A stretch of DNA of 61,864 bases from Ministeria vibrans ATCC 50519. Lineage: Eukaryota > Protista > Filasterea. Of this stretch, positions 35,939 through 48,517 are shown piece by piece. The position numbers and the translations under genes are program-made. Under the pieces are notes generated by a model. That model was not told the origin of the DNA and did not search any database. It was given only the letters and a program-made list of their open reading frames with translations. Within the stretch, counting starts at the first letter, position 1; each line of letters begins with the position of its first letter. Location of the stretch: assembly GCA_943704425.1 (NCBI GenBank), contig CALSCP010000569.1, positions 1-61,864 of the forward strand, given 5' to 3'.

Positions 35939-38900
35939 ATGTCTTTTAACATTGACGGACTTGTTCCAAAGGTAAACGAAAAACAAAAACATTTTACGGC
36001 CGTCTCAACCACTTCTGCGCCAGTCCGACACACGTGCCGATGTGTTCGTCAAGGAAAACCCCGATTGCGACGGGCGTCGTTCCATTGTTGCCATTTTTGA
36101 TACGGTACACTAAATTTTGGTTTGGTCGTGAACAAACAAAAAAAAAAAAAAAGCTCAACCCGAAACGACTCGTCTCTCGTCCCTTGTAGGGCGTCGATCC
36201 CGCCGCACCCGGGCTTCAGCTGACCAGCGATGGCAAGCCCAAGATTGTCGACATTGTCGACGCGACGGGGAGCGGTAAACACAAAGCGATCGGATGCACT
36301 GAAGTTGACCTTCAAATGTTTAGGAGATGTCGACATGTCGACACAGCGCACTCTGGCTGCCGGCCAGCACACGCTGACGGGTCTGACAGGACGAACACTG
36401 ACCATTCCCCAGGGCTGGGCCAACCCGACCGGCGTGTTCCGTCTGGGGCTGAAGCGCGCCTTTGAGTTGATGCCGCACGGACTCGTCCATCGCATGTCGT
36501 CCGAAGTGCGCAAACCCATTGACAAGCTGGTGGAGCGCACTACGGCTGCGGCACAAAACCAAAATGTCAACGGCGACGGTGACGCGTCCGGTGACGCGAC
36601 GGCCGCGCTGGACACGGTTGGATCGTTTGTGAAGAGCGACTCGGACGTGTGTGGCGCCGTGTACGACTGTCTCGTGTGGCACGACGGTGCGCACTGGCGG
36701 GCCTGTGTGGACACGTCGGAGTGTGGTGACCTGGCGGCTTGCCCTGCGCCTATGACAAACTTTGCTGTGGAGCGTCAGTACGCAACCTTTGGCGACGTCG
36801 ACCTACTGACGTACTCAGTGAACATTTACGACGAAGGCGAAACACTCTCGATTGTGACCAATGCGGGGGCACACGGAACACACGTTGCCGCTATTGTTGC
36901 TGCCTACCACAAGGACGTGCCGGAACGCAACGGAGTCGCACCGGGCGCACAGATTGTCGCTGTGAAGATTGGCGATTCGCGTCTGGGCTCGATGGAGACG
37001 GGCGTGGGCCTGGTGCGCGGTCTGGCACATGCGGTGCGCGCTGGCTGCGACATTGTCAATATGTCGTATGGCGAGGGCACACGCTCGCCCGAAGATGGGT
37101 TCTTTAGCAAGCAGATTCGCCAGGCTGTGTTGCAGCACAACCTTGTGTTCGTGTCGAGTGCCGGCAACAACGGCTGCGCCCTCTCGACCTCCGGCTGTCC
37201 CGGCGGCTCCGACTCCATGTGCATTGGTGTCGGTGCGTACGCGGCCCCCTCTATCATGGAATCGGGCTACTCCATGCGTGACAGTGTGCCCGGCTGCCAG
37301 TACACCTGGAGCTCACGTGCGCCCGCGATCAACGGCACCCACAACGTCACCATCACCGCCCCCGGTGGCGCCATCACCTCCGTGCCTCCCTGGACACTGC
37401 GCCCCAGCCAGCTCATGAACGGCACAAGCATGTCGTCACCGCACGCTGCCGGCTGTGTTGCTCTTATGGTCTCCGCTGCAAAGCACCGTGGCATACCCTG
37501 GACCCCTCATTCGGTGCGTCGCGCCCTTCAGGAAACTGCCGCGCCCATCGCCGGTACCACTCCCTGGGCGGTGGGTCGTGGCCTCATTGACGTGCACGAG
37601 GCGGTCGTTGCGCTCTGCGAGCGCATCAAGGACCACCTGCACTACGAGGTGACGGTGGCACGCAACGGCATGGCTGGTCGTGGCGTGTACCTGCGCGAGC
37701 GCCACGAGACGCACGCGAGCGAGACGGTCCACGTGCGAGTGGCGCCCGTGTTCACCGACGCAACACCTGCCGCAACCAAGGCTGCCTTTGAGCGTCGCAT
37801 TGTCATGACCTCCTCTGTCGAGTGGGTGGTCGCCCCGCGCAATCTTGTGCTTGTCACGGACGGTCGTGAATTCGCCATTGAGGTGAAGCCGGGTGCTCTT
37901 GCGCACGGCTCGGGTGCACACTACGGTGAGATTGTGGGAAAGGATGCGGACACTTCCGAGATGCTCTTTATCGTGCCGGTGACTGTCATTCGGGCGCGCA
38001 CAGAGAGCGATGCGGTCACCATTGATACCACCTTGGGCACCAGTGCTATCCATCGTGAGTTCCTGCCCGTGCCCGAGTCCGCCACTTGGGCCGAAATCAC
38101 CGTCACCACGCACCCTCCATCTGCTGCAGCAGCCACGACGACGACGACCACCACCACCACCTTGGCTCAGGCAAGTAGCGTTGACGGTGGTGATGACAAC
38201 AGTACCGACGAGTCGGACCAGAGCACGCTGCGCATGATGGTGCATACGCTGCAACTTGTGCCAGGCATGAGCTTTCACGACACCGAGATGAAGAAGTACC
38301 TTTCGTTGTCGCGTACGGGCGGGAGCGAGACACTGCGCACCTCAGTGCACGGCGGTCATGTAATGGAACTGGCGTTGGGGCGCTGGTGGGCCAACCTGGG
38401 CGATGCCTGTCGTGTCACGGCCACCGTGCGTTTCCATGGTGTACGCACTGCCACCAACGGTGCAATGGGTCTGCATCTGCAGTCGAGTGTGGCGGCGACG
38501 CGCGTCGAGGTGTTTTCGCCACTGCGCGCCTGTTCACTCGAGTTCACGGGCTACCTTCAAGCGTGGCGACAGCCGTTGCGACCCGACACGGCCGATCTGC
38601 GCGCCATGGTGGGTACACGGGACGTGGTTCTCGACGACACACCCACCTACATGTTGCACTTGTCCTACTCGTTCACACAGACCGAAAGCGGCTCCGTCCT
38701 GCCCATTCTGCCTGTCTTCTCCGACCTTCTCTACGAGTCTTCGTTTTGGGCGCAGATGTGGACCATTTACGACAAGAGCAAACGACTGTGTGCTACCGGC
38801 GACGCATTTCCCTTCAACTACAAGGGTGCCAGTACGCGCCTTGCCGCCGGCGACTACGAACTACACGTCATTTTGCGACACGCTTCTCGTGCGGCACTCG

Positions 38901-40229
38901 ACAAGCTGCAGCACACCACGGTGCAGTTGCATCGCGAACTGAGCAAGGAGATCTCGCTGTCCGCGTACAAGACGGAGAATGGGGCGCTCTCGGGTAGCGA
39001 CTCCTTCAGCGTGCGCTCGCTGCTTCGCAATCAATCAGCGGCGCTCTTTGTTGCGCCACCGTCCACATCGCAGCTACCCTCAGGCTGTACGCCTGGCTGC
39101 AGTTTGGAAGGCTGGTGTACGTTTATGAAGCGGCCCACGAGCAGCGCGGGTGCTGTCGACGGAAAGAGTGGCGCGCTCACCAAGCGACCCGTTGGCGCCG
39201 ATTCGGTGCGACTGCACGTTGACATTGCACACGTGAAAAAGGGCGCCGCCAAGAAGAAGGGCGACAAGTCGGGGAGTGGCGACGAGACGACGAAATCTGA
39301 GTCGATGCGGCTGGTGACGTCGGCCGGCGAAGTTGCCGAGACGGAGGCAGAGGTAACGGCGACGGTAATGGAGCACACAGACAAGTTTTTGTTGGCCTGT
39401 GGCTACATGGGTGTGGAAGCGGAGTTTCCCGATGACGAACGTGCGGCTGTCGGCGACGATGAGATTGTCGAAGTGGTACGCGACGCACAGGTGGCCTGGT
39501 TGCGCAAGAACCGCACGGGCGCGGGCAAACGCGGTGTCTGGCTGGCGCTGTACTGGAAACTGGTGTGCTTGCATCCGCGTCACTTGCCGCTGCTCTGCGA
39601 GGGACTTCGCTTTGCCGAGGCGCTCAAATCAAGCGAGGCGGAAACGGATGCGCGCACGGCGGTGCTTGCCGCGGGCGATGCGGTTCTGGCGGTGATTGAC
39701 CGAAGACAGCTGGCTGAGTACTTTGGGGTACTGACGCCCGAAGGGGGAGACGCGACGCCGGAAGGCAAACAACGCACGGCGGAGCGTGACGCAGTCGTGG
39801 AGGCATTGCATGCGCAGGCGAAGACGCATTTGGCGCGCAAGTCAGACACGTCGATTGGCGGCAGTGTGGACACGGCGGCGGACAGTGCGGTTGCGTTTGA
39901 GGGAACACTGCGAGAGCTGAAGAAGTGGTGCAAGATGACGGATGCGCGTACGCTGGTGCTGCATTTGCGCTCGGAGGAGGCACACGGGCACTTTGCGTCT
40001 GTGCTAAAAGAACTCGACAAGTCATCGAGCGCCAGCACTTTGGAGGCGCAGCTCAGTCGAAAGGAGATTCTCTTATGGAAGGTAATGGACTAGAATGGAG
40101 TGGAATTGGAAAATAAACGGGGCCTTGTAGATTCGACTGATGGAGAAACTGGGGTGGAATGAGCTTGTGGCGAATGAAAAGGCATGGTTGCCATTCCGCT
40201 GTCGAGAGACACTCCCGCGACTGTACTGA
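35939..40229 (+). CDS. TPP2: Tripeptidyl-peptidase II (subtilase S8)
   Basis: [11 protein letters not shown] start; catalytic [22 protein letters not shown] and [10 protein letters not shown]; [13 protein letters not shown]; last exon LMEKLGWN...LPRLY*. Confidence 0.96.
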
Positions 40230-40397
40230 GAGTGAGAAGGGTTAATGTTTGTGTGTGTTGTGTGTGTGTAGGTGTGGCTGTTTTTAATACAGATAGTATG
40301 GATATTTCTGTTGACACTCGTTCCTTTATAGTCTTCGACTCGCGTTGGCAATATCCATTTTCAAACATATAATTATGGAGTAGGATTTTAAAATAGT

Positions 40398-40822
40398 TCA
40401 GTGGATCTCTCTTCTCTGTCGCTGCACTGACTCCGACACGTCCATGCTGGGCTGGCGGTTGGCAAGGGGGCTGGTAGGTTCAGGGAGACTAGTGTTGACA
40501 GGATCGACTCCTCCTTTACTCTGCCTGCGTCGCATTGCCGTGATGTCGTCCTCTGCCTCCTCGTCCACCCTCGCAGGACCCCCTGTCGATGTGCTCACCC
40601 GCGGCGGGAGCACCAAGACCGTTTCGCTAACTGTGCTCGCCCGTCGCTCCTCACCATTCGCGTGCTCAGGCACTGTCCCGTCGGTTGCTGTACTCCCTTC
40701 AATCCCGTGCTTTTCGTTGTGTCGTCGTTGGTGGATCTCCTCACTAAACCACACACAAAAAAAATGATAAGAGGTCGGGGGAGAGAAAGCCTGTGTGCGT
40801 GTACATGTGTCTTTGTCTTTGT

Positions 40823-40896
<74 letters not shown>

Positions 40897-40906
40897 NNNN
40901 NNNNNN

Positions 40907-40983
<77 letters not shown>

Positions 40984-42661
40984 TATGTCTTGTGTGTGTG
41001 TGTGTGTGTGTGTTTCTTTTTTGGTTGGTGTGTGCGTGGTGTGTTTGTCTGTGGGCGTTTTGCACTGACCTGATTGCATTAAGTTTGTTGAGGTGCTCTT
41101 TCACGGCACTCTTGGCCCCCACATACTTTTGTTCAATGTTCCGCGCCCGTTGAAGTGCCTCTTCGCGCAATGACTTGGCCTAAGTGCACAAGACAACAGT
41201 ATCATAATAATATGAATTTACGCTCGCTACGTGTGTCTGATTGTTACGCGTTCTCTAGCTTCCATGTATGGTTTGGCCTTGGCAATGGCACGCTTGAACT
41301 GCGATGCCAGACGCGCAATGTCCGTCTTAAACTGCTGTACGTCGTCGGAGAGGCGACAAAACTCGGCATAGGCTCGTTCACGCTGGGACTCGGCGAGTGC
41401 GACGCACTTGACACGTGCGCTGAGCTCCGTTTGAGCGTGTGCAGTAAAGACAGTGCGTCCCGACTCAATGTCTTCCTCGAGTGTTCGCACTGCCTTGCGT
41501 GCAATGTGGTGCTGCTCCTGCGCCAGTTGAAATGCGTTTGCCGCGACTGAGGCCGCCTCTTGAAGCTGAGTGGCGACTAGCAGTCTAACGGGTGGGCGTG
41601 TGTGAGTCAAGGCTTACCTCTTTTGTGTTCTTTCCAGCTTTGTGTCATTACTTTGCATAGTATGGGCGTGCTTTGGCAATGTTTTTGCGCTGTTTCTTGG
41701 CGAGGTCGGTCAGCTGTTGCTCGGTGATGAGCCCCACTCGACGGTAGTGCGTGCGCGCAACGTCCAGGTCCAGTTCGAGCCGATTCACTGTGTCCGTGCC
41801 ACTGTTGAGTGCCTCGAGAACACCCTCAACGCGCGAATCCACCGGCTCGTGAGCGTATTCGTCGTCGTCCGACAGCCCCGCACGGTCGTCGTCTGCTCCT
41901 TCTGCTTCTTCTGCAGTCTCGTCGTTCTCTTCGGGCAGTGTGTCTGATCGAGGAGTGTGTTCGTGACGGTGGGCGGGAACAGAGGACGAGAGACGCGAGC
42001 GGGCCACATCAACAAGTTCTCGTTGCTTTGCTGCGTCCGCCTTGTGTGCTGCGAGTCGGCGATCGTCGTCAGTGTGGTCGGGCGCGCGTGCTTCCCGTTC
42101 AAACTCGGCTTCGACATCAACATCCGCTTCCTCGTCCACAGCAGTGTCCACAGCGTCGCCCTCGTCGCCTGCATCTCCGTCTACGTCTGCGTCGAGGGGC
42201 TCGTCGTCCTCCTTGTCCGTGTCGACCCGAATGGGCGAAGGAGGCACAAGTTCGTCGGGAAATTTGGAGAGGGTGCTCTGGACAGCGCCTGGGGCGGCAG
42301 CCAGCGGTCCTCGTTCGCCGCCGCTGTTCTCTTTGTGATGTGTGTGCACAGCAGGAGCGTCGGGAGGCACTGATGCGTCCTCGTTGCGCCTTGGCACTGC
42401 GCTGGAGGGCACGTCGACATTGTTTTCGTCTGTCGCCTCGTCGCCATCGGCCGGTTCGACCGGATCCTCGACGGGATCCTCCAACGACGCCGCGGTCGTC
42501 GGCAGAGAGGAGGACGGCCCGTCGGGGGCATCGGCTGTGGCACTGGCGGCAGTGTTGTCGTCATCATTGTTGATTTCCACATCGTTTGCGCATTCTTCCT
42601 CTGTCGTCGTCACAGCACCAACAGCGGCAGCCACAGGTGGCGATTCTTCAGTGTCCGACAT
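40398..42661 (-). CDS. SH3BP5/Sab-like coiled-coil protein (Rab11 GEF family) with an acidic N-terminal extension
   Basis: VDSRVEGVLEALNSGTDTVNRLELDL, ARPYYAK, KRAIAKAKPYME, LNKLNAISEEIHQRR. Confidence 0.85.
40897..40906. other. Assembly gap inside a (TG)n microsatellite
   Basis: Run of N. Confidence 0.99.
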
Positions 42662-43003
42662 GTAATGTTACAATAAATGAAAAATAGGATTAATAGAGAA
42701 TCAACTATCAAGTTATTCGAGAGCAGTACTCACTGTCATATACGAACAAATAGCACAAGAATGAAAAATAATAATAATTATTATTATTATTATGTGCTGC
42801 TTTGTTTTGTATATAGTCTTGTTTGAGTTGTTTCGGCATTTAGTACAGCTGTCGATTCTCTATTTTGTATTATTATTATTGTTATTATTATTATTGTTAT
42901 TATTATTATTGTTATTATTATTATTGTTATTATTATTATTATTATTGTTATTATTATTATCAAAGAAAGATCAAAAGAGTTACATTTTACAGGATTCAGT
43001 TGG

Positions 43004-45721
43004 TCATAAGTCACAAAAGGCGTCTCGACAGCGCTGAGAGTGGGAGCGCGCAAGAAAGACGGGGGTGCGACCACGGTCACGACGAGGAGAAGGAGTAGGG
43101 GTAGACACGGGTAGACGATCGACGACTTTGTCAAGGCGCGACGGACGACGGAGGTTGAGGAGAGGAGGAGCAAAGGCGGGCAGAGCGGGAGGAGGAGGGA
43201 GGTGACGAGGATAGTAGGCAGCAGGGAGAGAATTTTGGGGCGGACGAGGGTAGTAGGCAGCAGGAAGAAGGGGAGGAGGAGCGTGATGATGCTGCTGGGG
43301 GTAAAGGGGAGGATGATGGTGCGGGTAGTGTTGGGGATGAGGACGAGGGAGGTCTGTCTGGGTGGCAATGGTACGGAAAATGGTGTTTGGAGGTGGGCGG
43401 GAGGGGGCACGCGTGGTCGTGGTGGTGGCCGAAATGGGGTTGGGCGGAAGTGAATTGGGGTGAGGAGCGGGTCTGGAGAGACGATGAGGAGGAGAAGGAG
43501 CAGTAGTGGCAGCAGAAGCAGCAGTAGCAGTGGCAGCAGAAGCAGCAGAAGCAGCAGACATTGCAGTGGAAAAAGAAAAGATGGGCGGTTGGTTGCTGGT
43601 CGTCTTCTTCTTGCTCTGCTTTGGTGCAGTGGAAGTCTCTTGTTGGGGTTCGCTCTGGTGTTGCGTCACCGCGCGTCTGAGTTTTTGTTCGATTTCGGCG
43701 CGTCTGCGCTTGGTCATGTACGGGCGGCGGATGCGTCTGCCGTCGGGATGAGTTAGGGGCACGAGGGGAGGCAGGAGGGCAAGCGTAGTCTCAAGGAGGG
43801 CACGGTCGATCGTGGGTGGTGGGGTGGGGTCGCCGGGGAGGCAGTCGGCGACGACGGTGGCCGGGTGGCGGCCCTTGGCGTCTGCGTCGAGCGCGTACTC
43901 GATCGGGTGGCGGCGCAGTGCCTTGGTCCCGTAGCAGCGACTCAGATGCGACACCTGCATTTCGTAGTGGCGCACAGAGAAGCCGCCGTTGAGAAAGTGA
44001 CGCATGATGTGCTTGATGAAGCGCGCGCGGGTTGTCGATTCGGTGTCGTTGACGAGGGTGTAGCGACAGTCGTTGAGGCGACAGCGTGACGGGTGCTGGT
44101 CAATCTGGCGCAGGTGCGCAACGCAGATGTGGTCGACAAGGTTGTCGAGAATGGCAAGACCACAGCCGCGCCAAGGACACCGCACGTTCGCAATGGGACC
44201 GACGTGCGTGGCGCTGCCCGGGTAGTAGTAGTGGCGCAGCAACAACGCCTGGTCGACGTAGACACGACAGCCGCCCTTACCCAGGTGGTGGATGAGGTGT
44301 AGAGACAGTGGGGGCGCCCCCTTGCACACCACGCCTTTGCATGCGCCCCACCGGCATTCAAATCCCGCGCTTGTTTTCACAATGTGCTGCTCCGCCACGT
44401 GTACTGCGATGTTGCTCACCTCCACGCCGTAATCGGCACATCCGTGCCACTGACACTTGCCGCTCCGCCCGTGCTCGGCATCCGTCGTCAGCTTGTTGGG
44501 CGGCAGGCTCAGCGCGGTCTCCGACGCAGCGGGCGACGCTGCATCCTCCAGACGGATACCGTCAACTCGCGTCGACTCCTTGAAGGCCCGTCGGTCCTGT
44601 TTGAAGGCGTTTGGCGGTGCTTTGGGAACGGGCACCTTGAGCGTGTGGGAGCCACGGCCCAGCAACGCCAGCGATGCAGCCACAGTGGACGCGCTCGCAG
44701 CTGCAGAGTGGGACACAGTGGATGGTGCGGGGTAAGGAGCATACCGATGCTGCTGCTGCTGCTGATGTTGGCGTTGTCTGGGGTGCTTCTGTTTGCCTCG
44801 TCCACTGATGTTGTCCTCCTCAAAATCATCATCGTCCTCCTCTTCGCTGTTGTCGTCGTCGTCGTCGTCGTCGTCGTCTTCGTCAAACTCGTCATCCAGC
44901 TCCGAACTGTCACTTGACTCACTCACGTCCTCGTCACTCTCAATACGAAACTCACTGTCGTCGCCGTCGTCGTCCACAACACGACGTCGCTTGCCGCCCA
45001 GCAGCCGCTTCTTCCGCTGCGCCTCCGCCTCTCCAGCCTTTCCCCGATTGCCGTCTTCATCACTCTCGCCACTGCTCTTTCCGCTGCTGCTGTGCTCCGA
45101 CGCACTGTGGACAATGAGAATGCGAGCCTTTTCAGCGGCCTTGGCGGCAGCCGCGCGTTTCCGTCGCCCGACCTCGCTCGCCGCTTCCTTGTCCGGCGCC
45201 GTTGTTGCTGCTGCTGCTGCTGCTGTGGTCGCTGCGGGGGCGTTGGGAGTCGACGTGGCCTTCTGGGGGGAGCGCGCAAGCGAGCGAGGGGCTCTTGAAG
45301 AGGGAGTTTCGCGAGCGCGCGAAATTGGCGCGCGTTTTGGAGGAGGCGACTGTTGGGTCTCGCTGCGCAATTCGGAGCGCTCAGTGGCCACCTTGCGTCG
45401 AGGGGAGCGTCGGGGGGAGAGTAGGGACTCATCCACATCGGAGACGTGCGCGTCGGAGAAGTCGTTGCTCTCCAGGCGATCGGCGTTGTCGCTGCCGACT
45501 TGGCGCTCGTCGTCGCCAAGCTCGTCGACTGCTGCGCTTGCGCGTCCCATTCTTGACGGCAGTTTCGGGGTAGCTCCCGGCTCGATTGCGGTGTACAGGC
45601 TGCCACGAGAGCCGCCTGAGCGACGGGGAGTCATCACCGGCGTTGCGGCTTGGCGACGTCGCAGAGTCACCGACGAGGGTGTGGCCAGGGGCAAGTCGTC
45701 GTCGGTGTGGCCGCCAGGCAT
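43004..45721 (-). CDS. Nuclear protein with four atypical C2H2 fingers (tandem CWCH2 type), apparently a single exon
   Basis: 905-aa ORF with CQWHGC..HVAEQH, CRWGAC..HLIHH, CPWRGC..HICVAH and CRLNDC..HIMRH; basic NLS-like tracts, an acidic tract and a Pro-rich tail. Confidence 0.75.
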   Translation of the reverse strand: MPGGHTDDDLPLATPSSVTLRRRQAATPVMTPRRSGGSRGSLYTAIEPGATPKLPSRMGRASAAVDELGDDERQVGSDNADRLESNDFSDAHVSDVDESLLSPRRSPRRKVATERSELRSETQQSPPPKRAPISRARETPSSRAPRSLARSPQKATSTPNAPAATTAAAAAATTAPDKEAASEVGRRKRAAAAKAAEKARILIVHSASEHSSSGKSSGESDEDGNRGKAGEAEAQRKKRLLGGKRRRVVDDDGDDSEFRIESDEDVSESSDSSELDDEFDEDDDDDDDDDNSEEEDDDDFEEDNISGRGKQKHPRQRQHQQQQQHRYAPYPAPSTVSHSAAASASTVAASLALLGRGSHTLKVPVPKAPPNAFKQDRRAFKESTRVDGIRLEDAASPAASETALSLPPNKLTTDAEHGRSGKCQWHGCADYGVEVSNIAVHVAEQHIVKTSAGFECRWGACKGVVCKGAPPLSLHLIHHLGKGGCRVYVDQALLLRHYYYPGSATHVGPIANVRCPWRGCGLAILDNLVDHICVAHLRQIDQHPSRCRLNDCRYTLVNDTESTTRARFIKHIMRHFLNGGFSVRHYEMQVSHLSRCYGTKALRRHPIEYALDADAKGRHPATVVADCLPGDPTPPPTIDRALLETTLALLPPLVPLTHPDGRRIRRPYMTKRRRAEIEQKLRRAVTQHQSEPQQETSTAPKQSKKKTTSNQPPIFSFSTAMSAASAASAATATAASAATTAPSPPHRLSRPAPHPNSLPPNPISATTTTTRAPSRPPPNTIFRTIATQTDLPRPHPQHYPHHHPPLYPQQHHHAPPPLLPAAYYPRPPQNSLPAAYYPRHLPPPPALPAFAPPLLNLRRPSRLDKVVDRLPVSTPTPSPRRDRGRTPVFLARSHSQRCRDAFCDL

Positions 45722-45914
45722 GGCTGATGTAAGACGAGCGAAATAAAGTTGAAATAGCTAGAGAATTAGAGATGACTGATGAGTAGTACTTTGTTAGTCG
45801 AAAAGTGAAAACTTGAAATTCTATTAAATTATTTATTATTCCATTAAATTATTTCTCTTCCTTGTGGAGCGACCATAAAGACATTGCAGAGACGTAGCGA
45901 CTAGCGTTGTCGAA

Positions 45915-46240
45915 ATGCGGGGGTTGTTTTGGATTGGATTGTGTGTGTTGGCAGTGGCAGGATGTGCTCTCTCGGCGGACGACGAGGTTGCGCCGGGCGG
46001 CTCGTGTGCCGCCGACGACCATAGTACGCTGGGGCGCCAGGGGAGAGATAGATAGAGAGAGAGAGCGAGAGAGGGAGAGAGAGAGGAGAGAAAGGAGACA
46101 CAAAGGAGAAAAAGGAGAGTGGCGTTCGAGTGCCACCTCTGCTTAAAAAGACTCGACTGCAGAGGCAACGTCTGATTCGCAAGGGGTGTCGTCTACGAGA
46201 GGGTCCTGTGTGACGACTGGCGTGCGCCGGTGACTTGTTC

Positions 46241-46289
<49 letters not shown>

Positions 46290-48412
46290 ACATTTTGAGA
46301 TTTGACCTCTCATGATAATTTCTTCACAGAATGTATCACACGCGAAATGAAACGCGAGGACCGCGAATCGGCCAAAGCATATGTGAAAGCGGTAGGAGAT
46401 TCGTACAACAAGAGAAAAACAAACAAACAAGCAAAAAAGAACAACTCATTTGTGTGTGTGTGTGTCTGTGTGCAGGTGAACAGTCTGATTCCCAACGAGA
46501 TTATGAAGCTGCAGAACCCAAAGAACTGCAAGACGGCCAAAATTATGCAGTACACTCTGGGTTCTCAAGGCATGATGGCCATCTACCGCAATACGGGTAA
46601 ACGACGGAATGGCATCATTATGATAGTGTATTTTCTGACGGCCATTGAACAGCTATATGTTTCATGGCGGCAATCAAGATGGGACGCACGTTTGTGACGG
46701 ACGGTGGGATGGGCTACTACATTGAACACGACTCGTGCAAAGGGAACGGTAAGAAGAAACGAAAAAAAGCGCACGGGAAAGTGTGATTGAGGAGATGTTG
46801 AGAGGGAGGGAGGGAGAGAGAAAGCAAACAATTCGCGCTGAGCGGAAATTTTTGGGTTGCATAGGATACCGATGCTTTTTCCACCCTGAGAGCTCTTGTA
46901 CACGCAAAGATTGGACAGCCAAGGAGGAGGTGCGACTGGACCAGTTGGTGATGGAACACAGCGCGCGTGTGATTACGACGGATGTGGTGCAGTGCCGTCT
47001 GATGATCACCGACGACAATGTCAACTACACATCAAAGCACATTACTAGCGAAGCCTGGAACCGGTTTCTTCCCACAGAGTACAAAGAGGTACGAAGCGAG
47101 ACTCGAAGATAGACGCACGCAAAGGGAGAGTGAGTGGTTGATTGAGTGAGTTTGTGAGTGAGTGAGTTTGTGAGTGAGTGAGTGAGTGAGTGAGTGAGTG
47201 AGTGAGTGAGTGAGTGAGTGAGTGAGTGAGTGAGTGAGTGAGTGGGTGAGCATATAAGCATATGTGCTTAGTGTGTGTGTGTGCTTAGTGCTTAGTGTGT
47301 ATTTGCGCAGTGTGTGTGCTTGTACAATATAATTATAATATTAGTGTATGTGAAGGATGCTTTTCTCATGACTGTGTGTGCTATTAGGAGTACAATCTCT
47401 TTGAGTATGTGTCAATGCTTGAGCTGTACCTGCTGCGACCTTCTCCGCTTGTCGCCGGCCACATCCAACGTCTCAAGCGTGAGATCAACTATCCAGAAGG
47501 GGGAAAGGTAAAAGCCAATGCCACTCTCAAACTCTCTCTATAATCCTATTATTTGACAACTCTTTTCTATCTTTTTGCAGGGCGTCATCTCCATTCATGT
47601 GCGCCATGGCGACAAGGCGCGTGAGAACGGTGTCAATTTTACCTATGCAGAATACTATGAAAAGGCCCTTGAGCTGCACGCGGTACCCTCCTCGACACAC
47701 ATGAAGCACACAGAGACAATCACGTCTAAAGTATGTTGTAAAATTTTGACGCTTAGGCATTTGGAATTCCTGCAGAAGATCGTCCCCACTCCATCTTCCT
47801 TGCAAGCGACGACAAAAAGGTTATTGAAGACGCAGAAGAAATCCACGAGCGCACATGCAAAGAAGGTAACCCACATTAGCCACATTGCGTTGTCACCGCG
47901 CCCTCACACATACACACACACACATACACACACACACGCACACACTCGTTGTTTGAATGGTTAGGGTCGACTGAAGTGTGTCTACGTCTGATGCGGATGC
48001 CAGCAAACTCACTGTGGATGGATGGCATTGCGCACCACGGGGCACTCATGGGGGCCATTCGCGCACGCACTCTGCCGGTGGAACGTTTTCCGGGGCGAGA
48101 GGTTCTAATTATTTTTGTTCTTTGTTTGTGTTTTCATCATGCTTTGATTTGGATTGACTTAATGGTCATTCACACACATTCATTGTGTAGGTTGTGACTG
48201 ACATCCTGACGCTGTCGCAAGGGGAGTTTCTGATTGGGACATGTACATCGGGAGTGTCGTCGGTGGCTGCGTCGCTCATGGTCGCCAGTCGCGGGGGTCA
48301 CAAGGGAATGCGCCACCTGCCCATTCGTATGGATGGGCGCTACTGCTGGGCCAGCCAGTGGTTTGCCGATTCCAACACGGGCGGCTGGGCCGACACAGTC
48401 ACGCGTCCCTGA
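45915..48412 (+). CDS. GT23 alpha-1,6-fucosyltransferase-like (FUT8-like)
   Basis: KLQNPKNCKTAK, GVISIHVRHGDKARE, IFLASDDKKVIE, VVTDILTLSQGEFLIGTCTSGVS. Probable start is MRGLFWIGLCVLAVAGCALS at 45915; the 5' exon chain is uncertain. Confidence 0.75.
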
Positions 48413-48517
48413 CGTGAATGACGGACTAACTGGCTGTGTGTGTATCCAAAGAGTAGCTATTCAAAGTTTTTATGATGAAGAATGTGTCCTGTACAATGTT
48501 CCTGTGGGTGTGGGTGG

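Noticed and set aside
41585-41651. Apparent TAA-TGA readthrough in the SH3BP5-like gene
   Set aside because: A 67-nt phase-2 GT-AG intron removes the stops and gives PYYAKLLVATQLQ, which aligns with the family.
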